Of a stretch of DNA of 64,000 nt, positions 40,650 through 49,441 are shown piece by piece. The DNA is from Cytophagaceae bacterium. Lineage in GTDB: Bacteria; Bacteroidota; Bacteroidia; Cytophagales; UBA9547. The DNA lies in NCBI GenBank assembly GCA_027488865.1, contig JAIYAU010000018.1, forward strand, positions 2,635 through 66,634. The letters run 5' to 3'. The first letter of the stretch is position 1; each line of letters opens with the position of its first letter. The translations under genes and the position numbers were made by a program. Under the pieces are notes generated by a model that was not told where the DNA came from, did not search any database, and saw only the letters and a program-made list of their open reading frames with translations.

Positions 40650-42101
40650 ATGGATTCTAAAAAGTACGATCTTATTGTAGTAGGTACGGGGTTTGCCTCC
40701 TCATTTTTTCTTAAAAAATACTTAGAAAAATGTAAAGAAAACGTTAAAGTTTTGGTGTTGGAACGTGGGAGACTTTATAGTCATATGGACAGACTTGCCA
40801 GTTTAAGAGGTAAATCTCCTTCTTACCAAAGTGATTTAGAATCACATGAAAACGCTGTAATCAATAAAAATCCTAGTAAACCATGGGTTTTTGATGTTAA
40901 TTTTGGGGGAAGTAGTAATTGTTGGTGGGCATGTACGCCTCGTTTAATGCCAAATGATTTTCAGGTCAATTCACTTTATGGAAAAGGGCAAGATTGGCCA
41001 ATTTCTTATAATGAAATAGAATCTTATTATTGCGAAGCTGAAGATATAATGGGTATTTCTGGACCTGATGTTACGCCATTTCCAAAAAGCAAAAAATACC
41101 CGCTTCCATCTCATATCTTAAGTACTGTGGATAAAAAAATGCAGGCCAAATATGGTCAAAACTGGATTAGTCAGCCAACAGGCCGTGCCAGTGCTGCTTT
41201 TGGTAAAAGAAATGCATGCTGTTCAAGTTATACTTGCAGTGTTTGCCCAGTAGATGCCAAATTTACCATTGAGAACGGTCTTAAATATTTATATGAAGAT
41301 CCAAGAGTAGAACTTGTATATGGCAAACAAGTAATAAAATTGGAAACAGAAAATAATATTGTTAAGGCAGTTGTTTGTATTGCCACAGGTACAAATGATT
41401 TATCAAAAACCCAGAAGTTTGAGGGTGAGGTTGTTGCCCTTGGAGCCAATGCCATATTTAACGCTCATATTTTATTGAATAGTGGAGACAGCAATCCACT
41501 TACGGGAGCGGGTATTTGTGATCAACGCGGGTTTTTTGCCAATATGAATATTGATATGGATAATGTTGGAGGAAGTTCTGCCCTTACTGCAAACGGTTAT
41601 ATGCAATATGATGGTGATTTTAGGAAAGAGAGTGCCTCTTGCCTCATTGAAAACCACAATGCCCCCATGATCAGAAACGAAAAGGGCAAATGGCGTAAGT
41701 TGGCTAGATTTAAATTTGTGTTTGAAGAAATTCCTAATAATGATAATAGAATTAAAGCTGGAGAAAATTTACTCAAACCAGTTATTGAATACGGCGGACA
41801 TTCGAGCTATATCGATGCTGGTAAAAAGAGGGTAGTGGCAAAAATGAATGAAATTTTTAGTCCATTGCCTGTAGAAGAAATTTTTGTAGATGATTATTAC
41901 CAAGATACTGAATTCCACGTACTTTCGAGTGTGCGTATGGGAACTTCTAAGGAAAACAGCGTGGTGGATAAAAGTATGATTCATCATCAATTCAGAAACT
42001 TGTTTGTTTTGGGCGGCAGTGCCTTCCCTAGTGTGTCCGCCTCTAATCCATCACTCACTATATCCGCATTATCATTAAAATCTGCTAACGAAAACTTTTA
42101 A
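40650..42101 (+). CDS. GMC-family FAD-dependent oxidoreductase (no signal peptide)
   Basis: N-terminal Rossmann YDLIVVGTGFASSF. The C-terminal GMC_oxred_C pattern is HHQFRNLFVLGGSAFPSVSASNPSLTISALSLKSA. Confidence 0.85.
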   Translation: MDSKKYDLIVVGTGFASSFFLKKYLEKCKENVKVLVLERGRLYSHMDRLASLRGKSPSYQSDLESHENAVINKNPSKPWVFDVNFGGSSNCWWACTPRLMPNDFQVNSLYGKGQDWPISYNEIESYYCEAEDIMGISGPDVTPFPKSKKYPLPSHILSTVDKKMQAKYGQNWISQPTGRASAAFGKRNACCSSYTCSVCPVDAKFTIENGLKYLYEDPRVELVYGKQVIKLETENNIVKAVVCIATGTNDLSKTQKFEGEVVALGANAIFNAHILLNSGDSNPLTGAGICDQRGFFANMNIDMDNVGGSSALTANGYMQYDGDFRKESASCLIENHNAPMIRNEKGKWRKLARFKFVFEEIPNNDNRIKAGENLLKPVIEYGGHSSYIDAGKKRVVAKMNEIFSPLPVEEIFVDDYYQDTEFHVLSSVRMGTSKENSVVDKSMIHHQFRNLFVLGGSAFPSVSASNPSLTISALSLKSANENF

Positions 42102-42124
42102 AGGTTTTACAAAATTTTACCATT

Positions 42125-42571
42125 ATGACCAATCGTCGCAATTTTATTAAACTTAGCATAGCTGCAACAGCACTGGCACCGGTAGCTTATTTGGGTTACC
42201 AGGCCATGTTGCCATTTCAAAAAACTATACAAAATATATTAATTAAAGATTTAGCGGGTCTTAAAGTGAAGAGCGAAGATATTGACAAGTTTGCAGCTCA
42301 AGCTGCTCAAGAAAATCCTTGGGGTTTTTCGGGAAGCAAGGTCAAATTTATTTCATTTTACAATAGCATTCACAATCAGTGGCTTCCCTTGCCATTTAAG
42401 TATAAATATGAACAATACAGGGCTGATATTGTAGGTAGGTTTCTACTTTCAACTGACTTTTTTATTAACAAAATGAATGAAAGTAAGGATATAACTTATA
42501 TAGGCATTATTTACAGCCCTTATAAAACACCTTGCAGCAATCCTTTTTCTGCAGCTTATTATCCTTCTTGA
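42125..42571 (+). CDS. Small Tat-signal protein, likely partner subunit of the GMC oxidoreductase (gluconate 2-dehydrogenase subunit-3-like)
   Basis: Twin-arginine motif MTNRRNFIKLSIAATALAP. The gene lies 23 nt downstream of the GMC gene. The family assignment comes from context. Confidence 0.5.
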   Translation: MTNRRNFIKLSIAATALAPVAYLGYQAMLPFQKTIQNILIKDLAGLKVKSEDIDKFAAQAAQENPWGFSGSKVKFISFYNSIHNQWLPLPFKYKYEQYRADIVGRFLLSTDFFINKMNESKDITYIGIIYSPYKTPCSNPFSAAYYPS

Positions 42572-43278
42572 TCTTCTTCTTCCGCTTCGTATTTAGATTT
42601 TCGGGTAACTTTTTTACCTTCTACCACAATTACGATTTCACCTTTGAGAGTTTTTGTATTGTAATGGGTAATAATTTCATCGAAGGTACCATTTACCGTT
42701 TCTTCAAACATTTTGGTGAGTTCTCGTGACACAGACGCTTGTCTATCAGTACCAAAATATTCTTTAAATTGCTCCAAAGTTTTTAAGAGTCTAAAAGGAC
42801 TTTCGTAAAATATCATGGTCCGAGATTCATTTATTAGACTCTCTAAATGGGTTTTTCTACCCTTTTTTTGAGGTAAAAATCCCTCAAAAGTAAATCGATC
42901 AGAAGGAAGTCCTGACTTAACCAAAGCAGGAACAAACGCTGTAGGCCCAGGCAAACACTCTACTTCAAGGCTAGCTTGCAAACAAGCCCGTACCAGTAAA
43001 AAGCCGGGATCCGAAATGGCGGGAGTACCTGCATCAGAAACTAAGGCTATCTTTTTACCTTCGTGCATGGTTTTAATGAGCTTCTCCAAACTTTGATGTT
43101 CATTAAACGCATGATGACTTTGTAATGGCTTTGTTATTCCTAAATGTTTGAGTAAAAAGCCACTGGTTCGTGTATCCTCTGCAAGAATTAGATCAACCTC
43201 CTTTAGAATTCTAATAGCTCGCAAGGTGATATCTTCAAGATTGCCAATAGGGGTAGGAACAAGGTAAAGATGCGGCAT
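42559..43278 (-). CDS. rsmI: 16S rRNA (cytidine1402-2'-O)-methyltransferase RsmI
   Basis: LYLVPTPIGNLEDITLRAIRILKEVDLILAEDTR and ALVSDAGTPAISDPG are motifs of the tetrapyrrole-methylase-fold RsmI family. Confidence 0.9.
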   Translation of the reverse strand: MPHLYLVPTPIGNLEDITLRAIRILKEVDLILAEDTRTSGFLLKHLGITKPLQSHHAFNEHQSLEKLIKTMHEGKKIALVSDAGTPAISDPGFLLVRACLQASLEVECLPGPTAFVPALVKSGLPSDRFTFEGFLPQKKGRKTHLESLINESRTMIFYESPFRLLKTLEQFKEYFGTDRQASVSRELTKMFEETVNGTFDEIITHYNTKTLKGEIVIVVEGKKVTRKSKYEAEEEDQEG

Positions 43279-43380
43279 TGGAATTATTAAAATGTAAGTG
43301 CCACAAATATAGTCGATTTTAAAAACATGCCACGATTCTTTATTATGCCCATGTCAATTTAACTTGACTTTTAAATGGCG

Positions 43381-44553
43381 TTACTTTTTTAAATTATGAG
43401 GATAAAAGTTAAGATATTTTTCCTTAACCAATTTAACTAAAACATTTCTAAATTCTTCAATGTTAGTTCTTTGTGAAGCACTTATAAACACTACATAGTC
43501 GGATTTCTTCTGCATATAGGTGTTTTTAAAGAATACTAGTTTTTCATCTTTTGTAAGCACTTCGTCCTCATCAATATCATAAGCGTCAATTTTATTCATC
43601 ACAATTATAGTAGGTTTGTCCGCAGCCTTTATCTCTATTAGAGTTTGGTTTACTACGTCAATATGCTCTTCAAAAGAAGAATGAGAAACGTCTACCACAT
43701 GAACTAAAATATCGGCTTCACGCACCTCATCTAATGTACTTTTAAAACATTCTACCAGCGTATGGGGCAGTTTTCTTATAAAACCCACTGTATCGGTTAA
43801 TAAAAATGGCGTTTCTTCTAGTACAACCTTTCTTACTGTAGAATCAACTGTAGCAAAAAGTTTATTTTCAGCAAATAAGTCAGCTTTTGTGATCAAATTC
43901 ATTAAGGTTGACTTGCCTACATTTGTATATCCAACTATGGAAACACGAACAACACCATCTCTTGATTTTCTTCTGGTAATGCTTTGTTTATCAATCTTTT
44001 TTAACTTTTCCTTCAATAAGGTTATTTGTTCCCTAATCTGTCTTTTGTCAGTTTCAATCTCCTTTTCACCCGAGCCACCTCTGGTACCTGTGCCCCCTCG
44101 CTGGCGCTCTAAGTGAGTCCACATGTTGGTAAGTCGGGGTAACAAATATTGATAACGCGCCAATTCAACCTGTGTCTTAGCTTGAGCAGTTTGAGCACGT
44201 TGTAAAAATATATCCAAGATTAATAAACTGCGGTCGTATATTTTAACCTCAAGTTCACTCTCCAAATTCCGCAGTTGAGAAGGGGAGAGGTCGTCATCAA
44301 AAATAACAGTGTCTGCACCAGAGGCAGTTACATAAATACCTATGTCTTGTAGTTTTCCTTTGCCCACAAAAGTGCGCACGTCAGGCCTAGGTAACTTTTG
44401 GGTAAATCTTTCTAAGGTGGTTATGCCTGCTGTTTGTGCCAAAAAGGCCAATTCATCTAAATACTCCTGTGTTTTGGCTGAATTCTGCTTGTCAGTTGAT
44501 AATGCAACAAGTACTGCTTTGCTGGCTGGTTTTTCGTAATCAATGAATCCCAA
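43381..44553 (-). CDS. hflX: GTPase HflX
   Basis: HflX N-terminal domain, then G-domain motifs G1 GYTNVGKST, G3 DTVGF and G4 NKID. Confidence 0.93.
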   Translation of the reverse strand: MGFIDYEKPASKAVLVALSTDKQNSAKTQEYLDELAFLAQTAGITTLERFTQKLPRPDVRTFVGKGKLQDIGIYVTASGADTVIFDDDLSPSQLRNLESELEVKIYDRSLLILDIFLQRAQTAQAKTQVELARYQYLLPRLTNMWTHLERQRGGTGTRGGSGEKEIETDKRQIREQITLLKEKLKKIDKQSITRRKSRDGVVRVSIVGYTNVGKSTLMNLITKADLFAENKLFATVDSTVRKVVLEETPFLLTDTVGFIRKLPHTLVECFKSTLDEVREADILVHVVDVSHSSFEEHIDVVNQTLIEIKAADKPTIIVMNKIDAYDIDEDEVLTKDEKLVFFKNTYMQKKSDYVVFISASQRTNIEEFRNVLVKLVKEKYLNFYPHNLKK

Positions 44554-44827
44554 ATGTTCTTATTTATATTTTTTTGTTTACAAAATTAATTACAAAGATA
44601 AATAATTTGAATTACAATTTGTTCTAATTTAAGCAAACAGCTTCAAACCAGTTATATTTTAATATTTTATATTAAAGGTTCTTAATAAGTTGAGTATGTT
44701 ATATTTTATTAATTGTTATCCTGTTTAAAATAGAGTTTATAAAATAGTATTAGAAGTTTTAAAACGTTTAAATGCTTAAGATAGATGTTAATTAGGTTTT
44801 TAGAATGGTAAGAACAAGATTTAAATA

Positions 44828-45247
44828 ATAGAAAGAATTATTAAAATTTGTTTAAACCTTTTTTATAAAATAGGAAGGTAAATTAAGATTTGGTTAAAAG
44901 TTACTAAATAAATAGAAAGCGGTAATTAGTTTGGCTTAAACATTGATTATAAAATAGAAAGGTAAATTAAGTTTGGTTTAAAGGTTACTAAATAATTAGA
45001 AAGCAGTAATTAGTTTTGTTTAAACATTGGTTATAAAATTGAAAGGTAAATTAGGTTTGTTTAAAAGGTTACTAAATAATTAGAAAGCAGTAATTAGTTT
45101 TGTTTAAACATTGGTTATAAAATAGAAAGGTAAATTAGGTTTGGTTAAAAAATTAATAAATAAATAGAAAGCATTAATTTATTTTGTTCCAGAGTTTATT
45201 ATTAGTTAGAAAGCATTAATAGGTTTTGGATAAAAAAATGAGGAACA
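44828..45247 (+). repeat. Tandem array: ten in-register 42-bp units (five 84-bp A+B dimers), with degenerate copies extending back to about 44730
   Basis: The anchor octamer (A/T)T(A/T)G(A/G)AAG starts at 44828, 44870, 44912, 44954, 44996, 45038, 45080, 45122, 45164 and 45206. The units at 44996 and 45080 are identical over 42/42 nt. All reading frames are closed. Confidence 0.9.
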
Positions 45248-45290
45248 CGAGCTTGAAACTAGATTGGATAAATTGCCATACTTTATGACA

Positions 45291-45956
45291 TTATTTATTT
45301 TTTTTAAGAATACAACATACCGCTGAAATTTCGGCATACTTACGCGTTTCTGAATTTTTCTTGTTTTTTGAACTAAAAATAAATCCAATATTCTTAATTC
45401 CAGACCTTAATTTTTCAAGAATAGGTTCCTTATTTAACAATTTTTGTATGATTAGATCTGAAAATTTACCACACTTTATAATTGCTCCTTCTACCAAGTC
45501 CAATTGATTAAATTCTTGTTTAACTTCATCTATCGTTGGTCTAAACATCGTATCTATGGGGTCTTCATGATAAGGAAATTCATAAGGTCCTGAAAAAAAC
45601 AATAAAGAATCCGTTGGCATAATATCTGTCAATGATTTACAGAACACAGTTCTTTCCTCCAAGTGTTCTAATAAATTTGAACAAATTAAAACGTTGGCAT
45701 TGTACTTCTTTAAACGCTCTATCACAATTGGATTGGTAACATCTCCTACCTCATCAATTCCATCTCCTGATTGTAAATCTACATGGATAACCTTACAATT
45801 TAATTTATTTAATACATCGAACAGATTTTGCTGAACAAAAGGCTGTTGTTTTGTTCTAAAATAGCTGGTTTGTGAACCTATATTTAATACAATTGAGTTA
45901 GATTTAACATATTGTTCTATTTTGGTTTTAAACCAAAGAGATTCATTAACAAGCAT
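45291..45956 (-). CDS. Class I SAM-dependent methyltransferase-like protein
   Basis: VLNIGS (motif I-like), DLQSGDGIDEVGDV, and VLICSNLLEHLEE (methyltransferase type 11/12-like). Confidence 0.5.
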   Translation of the reverse strand: MLVNESLWFKTKIEQYVKSNSIVLNIGSQTSYFRTKQQPFVQQNLFDVLNKLNCKVIHVDLQSGDGIDEVGDVTNPIVIERLKKYNANVLICSNLLEHLEERTVFCKSLTDIMPTDSLLFFSGPYEFPYHEDPIDTMFRPTIDEVKQEFNQLDLVEGAIIKCGKFSDLIIQKLLNKEPILEKLRSGIKNIGFIFSSKNKKNSETRKYAEISAVCCILKKNK

Positions 45957-45967
45957 TTATATAGAAA

Positions 45968-47353
45968 TTAATTGGGATGGTTCGAATTAAGTAATTTGGC
46001 CAATCTTTTAAACAAAGATAATGAAAGGGTGTTTGTTCCAATATAAAACCAAGCTAAAACAGCAAAGGCAAACAAACCTCGTTTAAATGAAGTAGTCATC
46101 AATCCTGCTACAGTTAAATTATTTGACGCATAATCTATTTGATAGTAGATAAGAACGTAGAAAAATAGACTTGATAGTAATATGGGCAAAAAGTATATTT
46201 TTTTTGTGTCCACGTTTTTTTGATATAAATTAAATAAAATGTTAAGCACAATAAATAATATACAAAACATAAAAGTAGGTCCATATAAGTCTGAAAGCCA
46301 AAAATATTCATCAAAATAGGAAATGATCGAAGAAAATTTTTGACCGTCCCAATGTGGTTTTAATATTAATAATGCTTCCATTTTTGATTTTACAGCAAGG
46401 CGAATAAACAAAGACCATCCAAAGGTGGGAATAGCAGTAAATATTCCATAAACTATGATAGATTTCCAATTTTTAGTAAGAAAGGCGTGGTACACTATAA
46501 AAATTCCTAAAGCCAATACAAAGGATATCCCATCAGTCCTGCTCCACATATTAAAACCCATAAAAAGTGATCCTAAAACCAGGAATTTCCAATCATTTTT
46601 AACAAAATAGGTATACAATGAAATAATACTAATGGATACAAAAATTGCATTCTCTAAATTAGTTAAACTTAATGCGGAATGGGACAACATTTCGGGAGTG
46701 ATACAAATAAAGAATGTTATTAATATAGCACCAAACTGGTCACAATATCTTTGTAACAGTCCATAAATTGATACTATAAAAAAGATGAATTGAAAAATCA
46801 TAATTATATGTGAGTTGGCATAACCAAGTAGGTGAACAAAGGCAAAACTACCACATGAAATTGGGGGATATAAAAAGCGAGCATTTTCACTATAACTTAT
46901 CCCCTCATTTAAACTATTATTAAAACTTCCCTCCTTGGCTATGGCTTTGCCCATAAAATCATATCCCGTCACACTATCATATTCAACCACAGGCCAATAA
47001 ATGGCTTTTTGATACATCGCCCACAAAACATACGTCATAATGCAAAATAACAACACCCAAGCGAAGTTTATTTGATTGGCCTTGGGCCAAACGATGGTAG
47101 GATTAATAATTGATTTGATATTTTTATAATTAAATCCTAAACTAGCCACTATTAATATTACAGAAGCAATTAACACCGCTGGAAGTGTTATTTTTATGCC
47201 TAAAACATTAAGCAAAAACATTTCAAAGGTGATGAGCCCAACACCAATATTAAAGGAAAATCCAATCTTTTCGGCAATGTTAAACTCAGTACTAATTAGA
47301 TTTAAAATGCTGTATCCTAGCAAAAAAGCTATTAAAAAGCCCAAAAAAAGCAT
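45968..47353 (-). CDS. Polytopic membrane protein, possible GT-C-fold (ArnT/PMT-like) glycosyltransferase
   Basis: About 12 TM segments, with an acidic first-loop motif (VVEYDSVTGYDF). The call rests on topology and context only. Confidence 0.35.
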   Translation of the reverse strand: MLFLGFLIAFLLGYSILNLISTEFNIAEKIGFSFNIGVGLITFEMFLLNVLGIKITLPAVLIASVILIVASLGFNYKNIKSIINPTIVWPKANQINFAWVLLFCIMTYVLWAMYQKAIYWPVVEYDSVTGYDFMGKAIAKEGSFNNSLNEGISYSENARFLYPPISCGSFAFVHLLGYANSHIIMIFQFIFFIVSIYGLLQRYCDQFGAILITFFICITPEMLSHSALSLTNLENAIFVSISIISLYTYFVKNDWKFLVLGSLFMGFNMWSRTDGISFVLALGIFIVYHAFLTKNWKSIIVYGIFTAIPTFGWSLFIRLAVKSKMEALLILKPHWDGQKFSSIISYFDEYFWLSDLYGPTFMFCILFIVLNILFNLYQKNVDTKKIYFLPILLSSLFFYVLIYYQIDYASNNLTVAGLMTTSFKRGLFAFAVLAWFYIGTNTLSLSLFKRLAKLLNSNHPN

Positions 47354-47649
47354 GTTGTAATAAGTTAAATGGATTCGAAAATTAATAAAATAGTGCTTTC
47401 ACAAAAACAAAAATATATATTTATTTCTTACTATCAATCATTAGCCATAAAAGCTAATGCCTAATTTAATCCTTATGTCTTGTAAACATGGCAAAGCATA
47501 CATCAAGTTGTCCGAGGTAATTTTGTTTTTAAAAACGTATATTTAAAATTCATATATAACTGAAATACATATATATATAAATAATAGATCTTATTAAGAA
47601 ATCGTATTAATTAATTTTAAGTGTATCGACAATTGCCTAGCAGGTAGTA

Positions 47650-47657
47650 TATTTGTT
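47650..47657 (+). promoter_or_regulatory. Candidate -7 box (TATATTTG) for the AHAS genes
   Basis: Exact TAnnTTTG match 33 nt upstream of the ATG at 47690. Confidence 0.3.
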
Positions 47658-47689
47658 TTACGTTTTTAAAAAAACATAATAGAATTGCT

Positions 47690-49441
47690 ATGATTAAGTT
47701 GAGGGGAGCCGATTATATGGTTAAAATTATGGAGCTACTCGGTGTAAAAGAGCTTTTTGCTTATCCGGGCGGTGCTGTGATACCTTTTTATGATGCACTT
47801 GCATTTAGTAATATTGATTATATACTCGTAAGGCATGAGCAAGCTGCTGCGTTTGCCGCCAATGGCTATGGTCGCACCAAAATGACTCCAGGCTTTTGTT
47901 TGGCCACCTCAGGCCCAGGTGCCACCAACTTGGTTACAGGTATTGCCGACGCTTATGCCGACTCCGTACCTATGATTGCTATAACAGGACAAGTAAATTT
48001 ACCACTAATAGGTACCGACGCCTTTCAAGAAACTGATATTCAAGGGATTTGTCTTCCAATAACCAAAAAATGTTATTTTATTAAAAGGCTGGAAGATGCT
48101 GAATCTATATTTAGACATGCTTACGAAACAGCCATGAACGGTCGCCCAGGACCTGTTTTAATTGATATTCCAAGAAGTGTTCAACTTGAACATATTGAAC
48201 TAGATGAGGAATGGGAACAAAATTTTATACAACCTAAGCTGGAGAGGCTGTTTAATGTGAGTTCAAAGGATTTTCAGGCAGCTAAAGATTTAATTGCTTC
48301 CTCAAAAAAGCCTCTTATTATTGCAGGACATGGCAATTTATTGTCGGACAGCGTCGAGGAGATAAGGGCTTTTACACAAAGAGAACAAATACCTGCTGTA
48401 AGCACCATTTTGGGTATGGGCGTATTTGAAAGCACAGATCCATTATATTATTCTTGGTTGGGCATGCACGGCATGAAATACGCCAACCTTGCAGTGCAAG
48501 AAGCAGATTTGATTATAGCACTTGGAATTAGATTTGACGATAGAATCACAGGCAGGTTGAAAGATTTTGCACCAAATGCTAAAATACTTCATGTAGATAT
48601 AGATAAAAGTGAAGGTGGGAAAAATGTAAAAACTGAGGTTTTTTTACATGGAGATTTGAAAAGAGTGCTAAAAGATTTTCCTGATACTCGAAATGAGCAA
48701 AATAAGCAGGATAGAATGAATTGGCTTGGATATTTAAATGGCTTAAGGGAAGAATATCCCCTAAAAGAAGTTGATTATGATGTTTTTAACATGATGACGG
48801 CCATTGATGTTCTTGAAAAATTGTCTCCAGAAGATATTATAGTAACTACAGATGTTGGCCAGCATCAAATGTGGGCTGCTCAGTACATGGACAAAATGAA
48901 ACCCAATCATTTCCTTACATCAGGTGGACTGGGTTCTATGGGTTTTGGTTTTCCAGCGGCCATGGGTGCTCAAGCGGCTTTTCCTGATAAGCATGTATGG
49001 TGTATTACTGGCGACGGCTCGTTTCAAATGAATCTTCAAGAGTTGATTACCTGTGTGCAAGAAAATTGGCCAGTAAAAATATTATTACTTGACAATAATT
49101 ATTTGGGCATGGTAAGACAATGGCAAGAACAGTTTTATAAAAAGAACTATTCTGGTGTTGATATTCTTAATCCAGACTATATCAAATTGGCAGATGCTTA
49201 TGGGGTAGCCTCTGCAAGAGCTACTAACGTGGAAGAGCTTCGCGATGCCATTGAATTGGCTTATAAAACAGATGGTCCGTTTTTAGTGCATGCTAAAGTT
49301 CTTAAAGAAGACAATGTGTTGCCTATGGTAGCACCTGGTGCCAGCTTAAGCGAGACGATATACTATCCTATGGATTTAAAAAAGACAAAAAGTAACCTGA
49401 AACAAAAAAATGCAGAAAAATTATTGGCTGATAAGGTGTAA
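47690..49441 (+). CDS. ilvB: Acetolactate synthase (AHAS) large catalytic subunit, IlvG/IlvB type
   Basis: ThDP-enzyme three-domain layout, with the ThDP motif GDGSFQMNLQEL...NN and SGPGATNLVTGIADA. Confidence 0.93.
   Translation: MIKLRGADYMVKIMELLGVKELFAYPGGAVIPFYDALAFSNIDYILVRHEQAAAFAANGYGRTKMTPGFCLATSGPGATNLVTGIADAYADSVPMIAITGQVNLPLIGTDAFQETDIQGICLPITKKCYFIKRLEDAESIFRHAYETAMNGRPGPVLIDIPRSVQLEHIELDEEWEQNFIQPKLERLFNVSSKDFQAAKDLIASSKKPLIIAGHGNLLSDSVEEIRAFTQREQIPAVSTILGMGVFESTDPLYYSWLGMHGMKYANLAVQEADLIIALGIRFDDRITGRLKDFAPNAKILHVDIDKSEGGKNVKTEVFLHGDLKRVLKDFPDTRNEQNKQDRMNWLGYLNGLREEYPLKEVDYDVFNMMTAIDVLEKLSPEDIIVTTDVGQHQMWAAQYMDKMKPNHFLTSGGLGSMGFGFPAAMGAQAAFPDKHVWCITGDGSFQMNLQELITCVQENWPVKILLLDNNYLGMVRQWQEQFYKKNYSGVDILNPDYIKLADAYGVASARATNVEELRDAIELAYKTDGPFLVHAKVLKEDNVLPMVAPGASLSETIYYPMDLKKTKSNLKQKNAEKLLADKV

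Noticed and set aside
44828-45247. CRISPR array interpretation of the 42-bp repeats
   Set aside because: There are no unique spacers, because the whole 84-bp dimer repeats. The units are degenerate rather than sharply conserved, no cas genes are present in the window, and the repeat lacks the typical palindromic core.
44554-45290. Chromosomal replication origin (AT-rich repeats plus DnaA boxes)
   Set aside because: Only weak DnaA-box-like 9-mers are present. TTTGGATAA at ~45224 has 1 mismatch to TGTGGATAA, ATTGGATAA at ~45263 has 2, and TTATCCTGT at ~44715 has 3. No dnaA, dnaN or other origin-linked genes are nearby. This cannot be excluded without a whole-genome GC-skew plot, but it is not supported.
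45206-45388. 60-aa ORF spanning the last repeat unit and the methyltransferase 3' end
   Set aside because: It overlaps the better-supported methyltransferase frame and the non-coding repeat. It has no motif and no plausible ribosome-binding context.
45979-45988. tRNA T-arm-like GGTTCGAATT
   Set aside because: It lies inside the membrane-protein ORF. No acceptor stem, D-arm or anticodon arm can be folded from the flanking sequence.
47371-47466. 31-aa upstream ORF (MDSKINKIVLSQKQKYIFISYYQSLAIKANA) as an ilv attenuation leader peptide
   Set aside because: There is no run of Ile/Val/Leu codons, and no alternative terminator/antiterminator hairpins are evident between it and ilvB.
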